A stretch of 59,426 nucleotides of DNA from Spizellomyces punctatus DAOM BR117 (Eukaryota), in assembly GCA_000182565.2 (NCBI GenBank), contig KQ257462.1. The stretch is one strand, 5' to 3'. The position numbers and the translations under genes are program-made. Positions 40,501 to 57,466 of the stretch are shown here, piece after piece. The notes below the pieces were generated by a model, which was not told the DNA's origin, searched no databases, and was given only the letters and a program-made list of their open reading frames with translations. Position 1 is the first letter of the stretch. Each line of letters opens with the position of its first letter.

Positions 40501-40730
40501 GTTACTCATATACTCCTGCGTATGTCGCACCGCAAATACCGGGGGTCGCAGGATATGCAGGTGTGGGAACACCGCAACCATCTGTAGGAGCAAGCAGACC
40601 AGTAGAGGGCAATAGTCTTCAGCAACAGATGATGAAGAAATTGGATGAAGATCTGTTGAAGGGTCAAATTGACCCTAGAGACTACCTAGCAAGACGAGAC
40701 GAAATTATGCGGATGGGTATGGCGCATTAG
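37533..40730 (+). CDS. Arrestin-fold protein with two SH3 domains and a SHOCT-like tail
   Basis: GTHDFPFTLPLSTGLPQT and IKVSHELTFTVDY (arrestin N/C-like); SH3-1 SFQATEADEITLSEGD...DDGWASG...GFFPLNAL; SH3-2 split by an intron (FVPQQKGQVEVRYGN...NGWCLG...GRFPTSAL); tail KKLDEDLLKGQIDPRDYLARRDEI. Confidence 0.72.
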
Positions 40731-40874
40731 TTTGCAGATGAAGCGAATGATCACTTGTACATAAAGTAAATCCTATCGTAGCTAGTTTAGTATTGCAATT
40801 CTCATATTTCATACTTGCAATAAAAGCAATGTTTATATTTTGCTATGCAAACCCATCTCCTACAACAATAAAGC

Positions 40875-41988
<1,114 letters not shown>

Positions 41989-42597
41989 GTTCCGTTGCGC
42001 CTTTCCTTGGATGGTTCAAAAACTTTTCGAGACACGGCTACGACACCTGAGCAACGAGCCTTTTTTTTCGTTGCCGTCTTGGGAACAAGATGGAAATAAC
42101 TGTTCCAACACGATCAACAAGCAAAATGAGGGCGAGAAAAACGCTCACCGCTGGGCTGATCGCCGTCACACCAACTGCGTCCACGTGTTTTTGACACATT
42201 CTCAGCCCTCGATCCATTAAGACAAATAAGGAAAAATGACGGTTGCTGCTCGCCCCCCCGCTTCGAGAAGGAGATGGGTTTTGAGGGTTGTGCGCAGCGG
42301 ACAAGGGGCGTTGGAAGAAGAGCTTGCTTTTTGGCCGTGATCCCATTTGATTGGGAGTTTGACGGGAATCGTTAAAGTAAAAGTAGGGGGGGAACACTCT
42401 GCAAAAGTGTCGAATTGCAGAGGGTGGAAGGTTTTGTAGAGCTGGACAGGCGTTTCGTTGTGAAAGCCACATTTGAAGGGCCTGTCGTTGACCTTGCACG
42501 CCACGTTCGAGTACCAACTTTGGTACCTTGACCGCTCCCCGTCAAACTCGGGTTGCGCCTTTTCCACATTGTCATCAAGTGCAAGTGGTCGTTAGAC

Positions 42598-44215
42598 ATG
42601 GATAGAATGAGTTACCCCCGGTCGAGAGGAGGTCGACCCGCATGGAGCATCTCATTGCTGTTGGCGAACCCTCGAATCCGCTGGTCCCTATTGGCAGCAG
42701 TATTCTTGTTAGTAATGTACATGGCTAGTACATCCCTGAGTTCAGACCTGGAGCAGCAGCGGAGCATGCGGTCGTCCGAGTTGGGACTTCAGGACGGACT
42801 CAACGAGGACGTGACCGTGGTGGACCCGAAGAAGCTCGACGAGCACAGAAATGTGCCGCCGGTAGCTGTGCAAAACGTCAAAGATGAACCTGTCACCGGA
42901 GTAACAAACAAAATTGTACCGGATCCATCGGCACCGGTCGCTAAGAATGGTGCAGAAGAGCAGGGCCTTATATCTCGAAACCAAACAAGACCGAAATCGA
43001 AAAATACTGTCGTTAAGCCCAAGCCGCAAGGGAGCGACTCGGCGATTAACCCAAGGTTTGATAACATTGCGGTCGCATTAAAGACTGGAAAAGACGTTGC
43101 ACTCCAAAGAACGCCAATTCAAATTATGACGTACCTTCAAGCCGTTCGCAATCTAATTCTTATTGGGGACGGCGAAATCTCCGTCGGTGATATGCCTATG
43201 GTCGATGTTATTAGCCAACTATTCAAGCCGCGAAATATAGAAACTACTGCGGAACGACTTAAGCGAGAGCAAGAAGGTAAGTCTGACCATTCATGTTTCC
43301 TGAACATCTCCCTCTGATACCTACCTTTTTTCAGAAAAACGGCTTCAGAATATTGATATCAAGTCTACTCCTCCGAAAGGGGAAGCCGTGACAGTGGATG
43401 AACAGTCAGAAGGTTGGCGATCGGATGGTCACAAAAATCTTCCAGGATTCCGTGAGCTCTGGACCCATTTTCCAGACGCTGACTGGTTTGTCATGATCGA
43501 CGATGACACTTATGTCTTCTTCGACAATCTAGCCGATATACTGAAAGAGTACGATCCAAAAGAAGTATATTACATAGGGGCGAAGAATATGTTTATCGGG
43601 TGTGATGGTGTTAAGAATTGGGGGGAGGGCCCATATTTTGCGCATGGAGGAAGTGGAATCGTTCTGTCAAGAGGCGCAATGAAAGTCATGATGGCCGGAT
43701 TGGACGCATGTATTGAGCAGTACAAAACATGCTGGGCTGGAGATGTACGGACCGCTCTTTGCCTACGCGACCAAGGCATTTTGTTGACGTCCCCTGGAGG
43801 GTTCCACAAAGATCCACCAAATGACGAATTCGGGTTCCCGCGGGATCCTTGCCAGCGCCCAGCAACATTCCATCATCTGCTGGTCAAGCAAATTCAACGG
43901 TTATACGACCTTGAGCGAAAACGGCAAGCTGAGACGGGGACTGGACGAGTCACGTTTGCGGATATCTACTATGATTGGCACAACCCCACCGAAGCGCTGG
44001 AAGCGAATATTGACCGCAAAGGTTCAGACTTCCTCAATATCAGAGTCGTCAGTGCCGAGGCATGCAATCGACTATGTAGAAGGCAACCAGAGTGTCTGTC
44101 CTTTGTTTTCGACGGAACCAAGTGTTGGCTCAAGAACCAGATTCCCCCACCTGTGGAAGGTATTGGTTTTATATCGGGAATTATACCCGATCGCTACCGC
44201 TGCACGGCACCGTGA
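42598..44215 (+). CDS. Type II membrane GT31 (C1GALT1/Fringe-like) glycosyltransferase with C-terminal PAN/apple domain
   Basis: N-terminal TM; IAVALKTG; DWFVMIDDDTY; FAHGGSGIVLSR; WAGDVRTALCL; PAN motif SAEACNRLCRRQPECLSFVFDGTKCWLK. One intron near 43277-43334. Confidence 0.85.
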
Positions 44216-44311
44216 TTAGAGGGGTCGTTATAAGTAATCACTCATTATAAGCCGAATCTGCTGCAGGAGATTAGAGTAGGGTTGTTACAGAAGCGGTGGA
44301 AAAGCATTTGT

Positions 44312-45289
44312 TTATTTATATACATTTTCAACCTCATCATTATCTCCATGGTTGGCCGATGACACCACTCTAACCTCAATACCATCCAATAAACCATACA
44401 GTCGCTGATGATCATGTATCCAATGAAATAATGCAGACCCAGCCGCCATCTGCGCTCCAAACGAGTTGAGTTCGATCGGCTCTACCCGTGCCGAAGACCA
44501 AACTTGTTCGTCCTCACTCTTCACTAGAGATACATGAACATCCAATACATAGCATTCTGGCATGTTTTTGTCAGCATTTTGCGCCCTTTGATTGAGTTCG
44601 CTGACAAGTGTCTCAACATCAGCGACGATTTCTTGAAGCATACGTTCTCGCGACGGGTCTGCCCACCCAAGATCCTCCTTCCATTTGTACTGACTCAACG
44701 CAACAAGGCGTCGTTGTGCGATGAAGGCGCGGAACTCGTTGGTCTCGTCAAATGGCTTCCAAGGGAGCAAATGCAAGTATGTTCCAACCCTCTGTTCGGT
44801 GCTGCGGAGGACTCGCTTTAATGCCTGCCCCACCCGTTTACTCGTACACAAGGCTTTCACAACTTCGTGTGCCGTTGTAAATGGCCCAACTCCACCAACG
44901 CCATCCTTTGTACTGCATTCGTCTAAGCGCACAAAGTATTCAGGTGAACTTGCGGTTACACGCTGTGGGAGACGAATTTTGGCTGTTACTTCTTCGTCAA
45001 TATCCTGTGCAATACTGGCAGGAATCCGCCCCGTGAACATGGCAGTTTGGCAGGCTTCCAAAATCAAGCTGCAGTCTCTGCGACTTAGCCATACGCTGTG
45101 TCCTCCAACGCCAAGCTTCAAGATATCTTTCCAATTTGAATAACGAGTTATTTGAACTATTTCGTCGTACTGCGTTGGGGTGAGAAGGGGCTCATCCCAT
45201 GGTATGTCCGAATGATTGTTGGAGTTGAAATTAGACTCATCCTTTTCAATTTCGGATATGGGTACATGTCTAATCGATATTTTATCCAT
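44312..45289 (-). CDS. Cdc123/R2K-clade ATP-grasp protein (intronless)
   Basis: YFVRLDECSTKDG, NEFRAFI...LVALSQY, YVLDV, IELNSFG...GSALFHW: the D123/R2K motif series. Confidence 0.75.
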   Translation of the reverse strand: MDKISIRHVPISEIEKDESNFNSNNHSDIPWDEPLLTPTQYDEIVQITRYSNWKDILKLGVGGHSVWLSRRDCSLILEACQTAMFTGRIPASIAQDIDEEVTAKIRLPQRVTASSPEYFVRLDECSTKDGVGGVGPFTTAHEVVKALCTSKRVGQALKRVLRSTEQRVGTYLHLLPWKPFDETNEFRAFIAQRRLVALSQYKWKEDLGWADPSRERMLQEIVADVETLVSELNQRAQNADKNMPECYVLDVHVSLVKSEDEQVWSSARVEPIELNSFGAQMAAGSALFHWIHDHQRLYGLLDGIEVRVVSSANHGDNDEVENVYK

Positions 45290-45476
45290 TTGCCCAGCAA
45301 CGTTGAGACTGAAAACGTACGCGTCGCATCAAGCGCAACAGACTATAGTGATTGATGATGCAATTGCTCATTTTCATCAAATGGTCTGCAAAGCTACCTA
45401 ACCTATGACCGTATCATAGCATCTACAACATACTATATACAAACAATCTGCTGGACCACAGATAACCCATAATATC

Positions 45477-49638
<4,162 letters not shown>

Positions 49639-49927
49639 TGGAGAATAATCGCCTCAGTGCCAGGAAGCTTTACATTCCAAGTAGAAGATCGTGCGAGCCC
49701 ATGCTAGCTTTGGCCTAACTGACTGTGCCACCATCCGGACGTATTGCTATAGCAACAAGATATTGTATATTCAGATGGACAAACGACTGTGTGAGTTTGC
49801 TAACAAAGTGCAGCGGGGAGCGCCAAAGTCCAGCCAAAGGGGACCTCAGTACGGAATATGGCCCAATCATCCTTGCTTTTTTTGCGTATGGCCGATATTA
49901 TAGTGCCGACCTATGTACAAGCAACAT

Positions 49928-50502
49928 TTAAGCCCTACCCAAAGTGAGACCCAGAGACATCAAGAGCCCGCGAAGAAACGTGAAAACTGCCGGAAGGAAC
50001 GGCCTAGCGATGAAAATGAGGCATCAGGTACATAAGATCCGCAACTTCTTATGGACAAAGTCAACTCACCCAAAGAGGTTAAATACGCCAAAAAGCTCCG
50101 ATATCAGCCCTACAAAAGGCCATTTTAACAGTACTAGCACAATCCCACCCAGAAAGCAAGCTGTACTGGGAAGACGATCCCGGCGTGAAAAGAACGCAAT
50201 AGTTCGTGAGGGTCCGATCAGTAAAGTTATTCCTGACAGAAATAGTAGCTGTACAAAAGGCAACTTCGAATTAAACGATTCCCCTAATCGCAGCGCATTG
50301 CCAAGTGGTTTGGCGCATTGATCCTCTTACGTTGCCCACTGCCATAAGCCCTTTATCCAGGAGTAACATTACCCCGAAAAGGAAGAAGAGAGCCCCAGCT
50401 CCCGCGAGACAAGCACCGAATCCTACCAATGCGATCCTCTTAATCAACATAAAGTAACGAGCACAATCCATAACACCCACTCTGTGATCCAGACAGAACC
50501 AT
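49928..50502 (-). CDS. GOT1: Got1/GOLT1-family vesicle transport protein; 3' end approximate
   Basis: FFLFGVMLLLDKGLMAVGN|LLFLSGITLLIGPSRTIAFF...FLGGIVLVLLKWPFVG..ELFGVFNLFG. Confidence 0.88.
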
Positions 50503-50659
50503 TTTTGGTTGAGATTGCGGTCTGAATGTCAATATGCCCTAACAGATCGCTCTCGTAATCTCACGTAGGCTGTTTGAGTCATGTCAAGTTCACGTGAGTA
50601 GCGGAACCTGAAAGCTTGCGTTGGCCTCAAGGTTCGAATTTGCTATCCCATCCAGCTTT

Positions 50660-52756
50660 ATGGAGTCAATAACACCCGACTGGCCCCCAGTCGCTGTCGG
50701 AGAAGGCGTTTCATCGCAGGAGCGCGAACTTCTTCCAGACGAGCACCGGCAGCTAGATGTTTCGGACCTGCCTGAAGACACGGTCCCAGAGCGGTCCTCG
50801 CCGAGCGTAGCGGATGCATTTCCCGAAGCAGAGAGCGCCGATGGTTTGTCGGAGGACATTACACTAGCAAATGACAGCAATGGCGTGGTTACGGACGGTG
50901 GCATTGCTGGGACGAGAGTGGGTGACCCTCTCGCCGACCTACGAAGTCTGGGGCGGTCCAATTTACAACCACCAGGACCGCCTTCGATGGTGCGAGCAGC
51001 GTCTCTAGGCTTTGACGAGGTTGCGGCCGCGACACCGTCAGCTTCATCCAATAATATGCCTCTAGGAACTTTCTCAAGTCCTGGATCTCTCATTGACATT
51101 CAGCCGATGGGCGAGGCTCCTGCCGCAGCACCTGTGGTTGATAATGGCCCCATTCCTTTCTTCCAGCAGTCAGAACCTCTCGGAGCTGTTGGTGGGGTTG
51201 ATTTCTTTGCAAGCTTACCTGGGCAGCAACCGAATATTCGCGTCGAGAATAGTGAAACGGGAGCGTCCTCCACCACATCTTCACAGCAGCCGTACATTTC
51301 ACCCGTCACATCCTCTCCATCAGGACCATCGCCATCTGGCGCTTCCATTATTTCGCTGGAAACTGCCACAATGACCGGACAAAAGCCCCCTCTACCTGCT
51401 AATAGCATAGATGTAAATGCAGCTCCCCCTTCTCACGCTGCACCATACCCCATATCGGCCGCTGCCACTACTCTTATGCCTGCCACCCAGCCTCTGTTCG
51501 CCGCAAATTTTGATATTTTGAACCGAGCTCACCCGACCGCATCCAAAGTACCACAAGCAACCGCTGCCCTTGATCCAAAGTACCAAAGTCTTCCCACGAA
51601 GCGCTGGACTGATCCCAGCGTCTTTTACGACATACCTCCCCGAGATCCCATTGGTGAGATCTTCCCTAAAGCTTTCCCAGTTGACACAGGTCCTAGACCA
51701 ACACGCAAGATCTTGCGGGTGGACGATGTCGCTTCGGAGTCTGATCCGTTCCTTGCGCTGATAGATGCAAACAGTTGGAGAAGTGTTGCCATTCTCGCAC
51801 GGCAGAGGCTTATAGCAACACACCCCGCACATGTGAAAGAGATCATGCGACTTTGGTTTGTGAGGCTAACTGCCCTAGCAAGACTGAGGTTGTTCGAATT
51901 TGCCTCGAGCGAGCTGCAGAAAGTCGGTGCAACAGATCTTGACCCCCCTAATTTGCGATATGAAAAGCATCTGGACGTATTTCCGAACGCCAGTGGCTCG
52001 ATGCTGAGCTTTGAGATACGGTTGTTCTGGGCACGAATACCGAGTTTCAAAGCCCACCATCAAGAAAGTGTCAACAGAATGTACAAATTATTGTATATAT
52101 GCCGGCGAATGGTTCAGCAATGTAAATCTGGAGGCGGAAAAGGCGAAGATGAACCAGAATCTGTCTGGAGAAACAGAGAGGGTCAAATTCAGCTTCAAAT
52201 AGCGAATCTCCTACTTGATCTGAAAGATCATCGTGCGGCTAGCGCGGTTCTGCGCGCCGTGAGCCAATCAAGGACCAGCGACGCTAATCTACTCTCGGCC
52301 TTGGGTCGCGTGCATCTACAAATGGGGAACGTCCCAACAGCTCGGGACATATTCCAACGCGTGTCTGACCTCGTCAGTAAAGATGTGTCCCAAACTGCAC
52401 GGCATGACCTAGTACTCAGCAATCGCGCCTTTCTTCACATGGCGGAAGGTGAATGGGAAAGTGCAGTGAACTGCCTCACCCAACTATTAGGCCTGAACCC
52501 AACATCAGTTGTCTGCGTCAATAATCTCGCGCTATGTCAGCTGTACACTGGGAATGTTGGACAAGCTGTGAGCTTTCTGGACAGCATTGCAATTGACATG
52601 CCCCGCAAAGCTGGAGTCTGTGAAGAGTTATTATTTAATCTATGCAGTTTGTACGATTTGACGGATATGAGTGTGGAAAGGAAGAGGAAGCTGTTGGGCA
52701 CCGTGGTTAGCCGATTCGCTGGAGACGATTTTGATCCTGCATGCCTAAAATTATAA
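50660..52756 (+). CDS. TRAPPC12: TRAPPC12-like TPR protein
   Basis: Disordered N-terminus, then LWFVRLTALARLRL, GSMLSFEIRLFWARIP, TPR repeats, VNNLALCQLYTG, LLFNLCSLYDL, GDDFDPACLKL*. Confidence 0.85.
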   Translation: MESITPDWPPVAVGEGVSSQERELLPDEHRQLDVSDLPEDTVPERSSPSVADAFPEAESADGLSEDITLANDSNGVVTDGGIAGTRVGDPLADLRSLGRSNLQPPGPPSMVRAASLGFDEVAAATPSASSNNMPLGTFSSPGSLIDIQPMGEAPAAAPVVDNGPIPFFQQSEPLGAVGGVDFFASLPGQQPNIRVENSETGASSTTSSQQPYISPVTSSPSGPSPSGASIISLETATMTGQKPPLPANSIDVNAAPPSHAAPYPISAAATTLMPATQPLFAANFDILNRAHPTASKVPQATAALDPKYQSLPTKRWTDPSVFYDIPPRDPIGEIFPKAFPVDTGPRPTRKILRVDDVASESDPFLALIDANSWRSVAILARQRLIATHPAHVKEIMRLWFVRLTALARLRLFEFASSELQKVGATDLDPPNLRYEKHLDVFPNASGSMLSFEIRLFWARIPSFKAHHQESVNRMYKLLYICRRMVQQCKSGGGKGEDEPESVWRNREGQIQLQIANLLLDLKDHRAASAVLRAVSQSRTSDANLLSALGRVHLQMGNVPTARDIFQRVSDLVSKDVSQTARHDLVLSNRAFLHMAEGEWESAVNCLTQLLGLNPTSVVCVNNLALCQLYTGNVGQAVSFLDSIAIDMPRKAGVCEELLFNLCSLYDLTDMSVERKRKLLGTVVSRFAGDDFDPACLKL

Positions 52757-52835
52757 CAATGGAGGTGTAGCTGGCAATAAAGATAATAACGACATCACCC
52801 ACATTGACAATCCATGAGGTTCTGCCTTTACACTT

Positions 52836-53776
52836 TCATTGAGCTTCTTTTATCCCGACTACCAACTCCATTCCATGCTCCGTTTCTCCATACTCTACTC
52901 TAAACCCAGCTTCCTTCACTGTCTGGCCAACCCACTCCCTGCTCATGGCTAATTTATAATACCAACTTTTGCATAGCTCCCAGGTTCCATTGCCTTTCTT
53001 AATGTGAACCAAATCATGGACACGGATCCTCGCTCCACTTCCATCCTCTTCCACAGCCGCCCCATCATCCCTTTGTCGCTCCCATTCTAAGAAACATGTG
53101 AAGACAGTCATGGCATCTGATCGCACGGGAACAAATCTATCTGTTCCTTCAAGGGGATGAGTCAAATCTCGGAATTGGAGAATGAGCCGTCCGTGTGGCC
53201 GTAATGCAGCATGCGCATCACGAATCATTTCACGGACTTCTTCAAGGGATGCTAAATGTGTCGGTGTATCGCCCATGCACACTACACACCCAGCAGCTCC
53301 GTCGTCAATTTGCTCCCGAAAGTTGAGGAGATCACCCTCAACGGTTCGCACTCTTTTCTCATCAATGCCTAATGTTTTAATCTCATCCCCAAGTTCCTCC
53401 AGCATGCCCACACTTGCATCGACAGCCACCACTTTGTATCCAAGCTCCAGCAAAGGAATAGTTTGAAAGCCTGGTCCACAACCTAGATCGACTGCCACCG
53501 TATCAGGGGCGACAGTGGCCGGAAGATGCCTTAATAGGATACATCGGTTTTGGGCTAGCTTTGTTTCATAACCGCCAAACATCCTGGTATGCAAGTGTTT
53601 GCATGTTTGTCTCTCAAATGTATGGATTGTTTGCCTACTTACCATGTGTAGTGCTCACTTAGAAGCCGGTCATAATGAGAGGCAACGGAAAGGTAATTGG
53701 AGGAGGTAAGAATAGGTTTGGATGCACGAGCAGATATGGGAGGAGGAGTAGGTGCGGAAGGTGGTGTCATGGCCAT
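52836..53776 (-). CDS. Class I SAM-dependent methyltransferase, bacterial-like (2 exons)
   Basis: HYDRLLSEHYTW|MFGG; motif I AVDLGCGPG; VVAVDAS; VCMGDTPTHL; RFVPVRSD. Confidence 0.85.
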
Positions 53777-54184
53777 TGCTGCCGATAAATGACGATCTCG
53801 TTTAAACTTCTGGGTATTCACCAGCACAGAACCGGTGTGGCGCAGCAAGACGCGGTTGATGCAGATCTATCAGTGATTTCAGATGGCGCCTTGGGGAGCC
53901 AATCATTCGGAATTTATGAACGTCGATCAACCAACCCATGTTTAATAGCAATGAAACAAGAAGATGAACTGATACGTTGCAATGATGTTGCGTTACGATT
54001 TTGTGAGGATTTGGGCCGATGCACGCAAAAGAAATGTGGAAGCATTACTGCAACGCTTCAAATATGAAATTGTACTTTGCCACTCCGTTATTTGTGGTAT
54101 CATGCTCATTAAAATATGCCAGCCACGACATACAATTGGGCCATCTTTTAACTTCCTCGCCCTATCCAGCAACTTTTGTGAATC

Positions 54185-55116
54185 TCATCCGCGAGCATAC
54201 TGGGCCGTCCAGTCGCGTGCTTTTGAATGAGATGTTGGTTAGAGGGAGAGGCAACCAGAATATGACGACTGACAAACCGTACCTGTTGCGATTGCCGCCT
54301 TTTCGTTCTCCTTCCAATGTTGTGCCACGTCATTCGCCAATGGATCGTCCGGGTTGGGAGCAGACAGTAGAGCTTGTATTGATAGTAATACTGTGCGAAT
54401 TTGAAGAGCTGGAGACCATTTATCTGTTATGTAGCCAGTATTATTGAAGCGTAGATCGTTTAGCTACTAACATGTGCCTCCCACGAACCTTTCAGTATAT
54501 CCAGACAAATGCGGCCAAGTTTGTCGATATTTGGATGATAGATCTTGGTCAAGAAGCGAACTTTTGGTGGTGCCATCGGATATTCCTCGGGAAGGAAAAG
54601 TTCGAGTTTAAAGTCTCCACCTATTGAAATGCAAGAGAGACGAGAGTAGACTCAGAGAAATGAATCTAAAATGGCCCGAGTTTCCAGCCAGATAATTATA
54701 TCAGGGTTTCCACAAGGTCAGCCTGCAGGCATAGTGGCATTTATCAGGCCACCGTACCTTCAAAGGGAGACTGTTGGGGACCAGCAATAACTACATCGAA
54801 ATATCGGAGATTATCTTCGTGAGGTGTGGCACTGATACCTGGGGCAGGCTCGGCCATTAGCCGCTCCGTTTCCTGTGGAAAATTGGAAGATGTCACGATG
54901 AGTGAAGAATTACTTGCCAGCTAACGCGCCGGTGATGCGTGGCTCTTTTGGGAAATCATTCTACATTTGCAAAATAACCAAAAATCGTAGAAAAAGCCGT
55001 GTATGTCCGACATTTCATAATTTTCATATGCGCTCAAGATTGCCATCGGGATAGTCAAGCGGGAGGATAAAGTAGTGGCATAACCATACCTTGACAATTC
55101 GCTTTGGTAGTGACAT
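54185..55116 (-). CDS. UBC13: Ubiquitin-conjugating enzyme E2 Ubc13 (5 exons)
   Basis: [34 protein letters not shown]...[52 protein letters not shown]. Missed by the ORF track. Confidence 0.96.
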
Positions 55117-55570
55117 GGGTCCGAGTAGCTTTTTCTATCGCAATCACACGCTTCGACTGTAGACCTTTAGTGACAAACACGACCAAATCTTGAATCGCGG
55201 GATCCTTTGCAAGTAAGTTGTGGGAGCCGTTGAGCACTTGCCCCTGTCATCTTCACGTGATGCAATGTCATGGCAACAAAATGAATCATTGAAAGCTGAG
55301 TGACCTGACAAATTGTATCTCCGCGTCTCGGCCATTCCGCACGGGGCTGGTTGTATCCATTTCAGGAAGACGTTTTTCCGGCAGAGGACTTTGACGATCA
55401 GCATTTCGACCACGACAGCGAAGCAGACGATCGCACCGAGGTTTGTTAGCCCAAAGTGTACCTGAAAACACGGCAACGTACATTCCCTACGCCGAAACAC
55501 TTTTTTACTGCCGCGACAAGAACGAAAACAAGACACCAATATCGAAATTTGAGCTAGTCATTTTGCAACC

Positions 55571-56782
55571 ATGGCCAGCAATTACGACTACATTACGATG
55601 CTGAACCTGCCAGAACTCTCTCCGCCCACAGCATCTGAGAGCGAATTTCAGAATGAACTGGACCTGTGGCTAAACACAGACTTCAGTTTTGATCCACTGG
55701 ACTCGAGTGCGTTCTCTGGCGACTCACGGAGACCCGAAGGTTGGTGCAGGTGGCCAGAGACCCCAGTTTTTATTGCATGACCTGCAACCGAGGTTATTGT
55801 GGGGAAGTTCCTAACCTCCGGCGATTTCCTCCCTTCCTGCAGACTTTGAGTATGATCATTCTAAAGAAGCCTTCCCGGAGCGCGCTGGTGCAGGTGCCAC
55901 TGCTCGTGTTGAGACACAAGCCCAACACAGTTCTCAAACGTCTGTTCAGCAACAAGCACCCACAACTTCCTTCACGCAGTCTGAGGCAATCGCAACAATC
56001 GTACCTCAGGTCGCGCATGAGGCTCCAGCTATATCTCAGTACCATCAGCCTGTACTGGCCCCGATGCCAGTACACAGCAATCCTACTTTGCCAAACACTA
56101 CGTCTGGTTTTAGCGTGTTTGGTACCGATGCTGCGTCCACGATTGGAGCATCGAACTTGACGTTGCAGCAAATCATCGCGGCGGCTGCTGCAATGGGGGC
56201 TAATACCACAGCCTCAGCATCCCAAGTATCATCTGAGGCAGCTATGAATAATACCAGTACTGCCACCTCTGTACCAGAATCAGATGTCGCAAAGTCAGAG
56301 GATAGGACCGACGAGGAATTGGACAAGCGTCGGAGAAACACTGCCGCCTCGGCCAGGTTCCGTGCCAAAAAGAAGCTGAGGGAACAGGCTCTGGAGAGGA
56401 CTGCAAAGGAGATGACGGAGAAAGCCCAGCAACTTGAGCGTCGTGTGAAGGAATATGAAATGGAACTCAAGTGGCTCCGCCAGCTAGTCACAGACCGAGA
56501 GGGCAAGAAGCGCCTACGGGATTTCTACGAAGAGGTATTCAAGTAGTCTGATTGTGGTGCTCCGGCAGTGCTAATCATGCATATCCTTCTCAGAGCGGCC
56601 TTACTTTTATTGAGGGGACGATGGCTGCAGGCTGCGGGATTGAGTCGCAGGGTACTACTTCGAATGTGCCAGCTGCCAATTTGGCTGCAGCTGCAGCTGC
56701 TTTTGCTGGAGTCATGGCTCTTGCTGGGAAGCCACTTGCTCTCCCATTGCCTCCAGATAATAAGCGTCGCAGGGCGGCCTAG
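55571..56782 (+). CDS. bZIP transcription factor of the MetR/CYS-3/Zip1 sulfur-regulator type
   Basis: N-terminal ELDLWLNTDFSFD; basic region DKRRRNTAASARFRAKKKLREQALE; zipper ending ELKWLRQLV. Confidence 0.8.
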
Positions 56783-57466
56783 ATTAGCTCGGAGCTTTCA
56801 TTGCGCCTGAGATTGCGTTGCAGCTCCCTTCGTTTTATATATTGCTCGTCATTCGTTCATTTCTTATATAGTGTAATGGCAATAAACACTTGTCACACAC
56901 TTTACACCAGCGTGGATTGAACAACTTGGGTTTGGCAATAACCGGCCCAGATAAAGCTATCTATTACTAGGCATGATCATACAGGTCATCGTCCACCTCG
57001 CGCCAGCCGCCTTGAGAAAGTTGGTCGGTCGTAGGAGTTTTGGATACTAGTCAACCAGAATTAGACTGGATATTAAGCTTGCGAATAAATACGAGCACTG
57101 GATGGCAGCAGCTTAGTGGTGGATGCATTGCAAGGTGAGCCTTGCTCATTGCTATTGGGTCCTGCCAATTTCTCATGTTTTGCTTGCGGCGAGTTGAAGA
57201 AACAATCAGGGAGGGGAGTGAGAATGAGGGGTTTATATAGAAAAATGAGTGCAGCAGGAGAAGGTTTCAAACAGCAAATGACTGTAGGACCCTTCCAAAA
57301 GTTGGTACTGATGCACGATGTGGCTGCGGAATCGATTTGACCAAAAAAGGCTAAAGTGCTACTGGACAAACCTCACCCTCCTTCGCCGATTCCATTGGAA
57401 AGCAGACCCCATCCTACACCACCGTTGAAGCTTCTGCCTTCTCCTGGTTAGCTGCACATCGCAAAA

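Noticed and set aside
54873-55089. Unusually long first intron of UBC13 as a snoRNA host
   Set aside because: No paired C/D boxes with terminal stem and no H/ACA pattern recognised.
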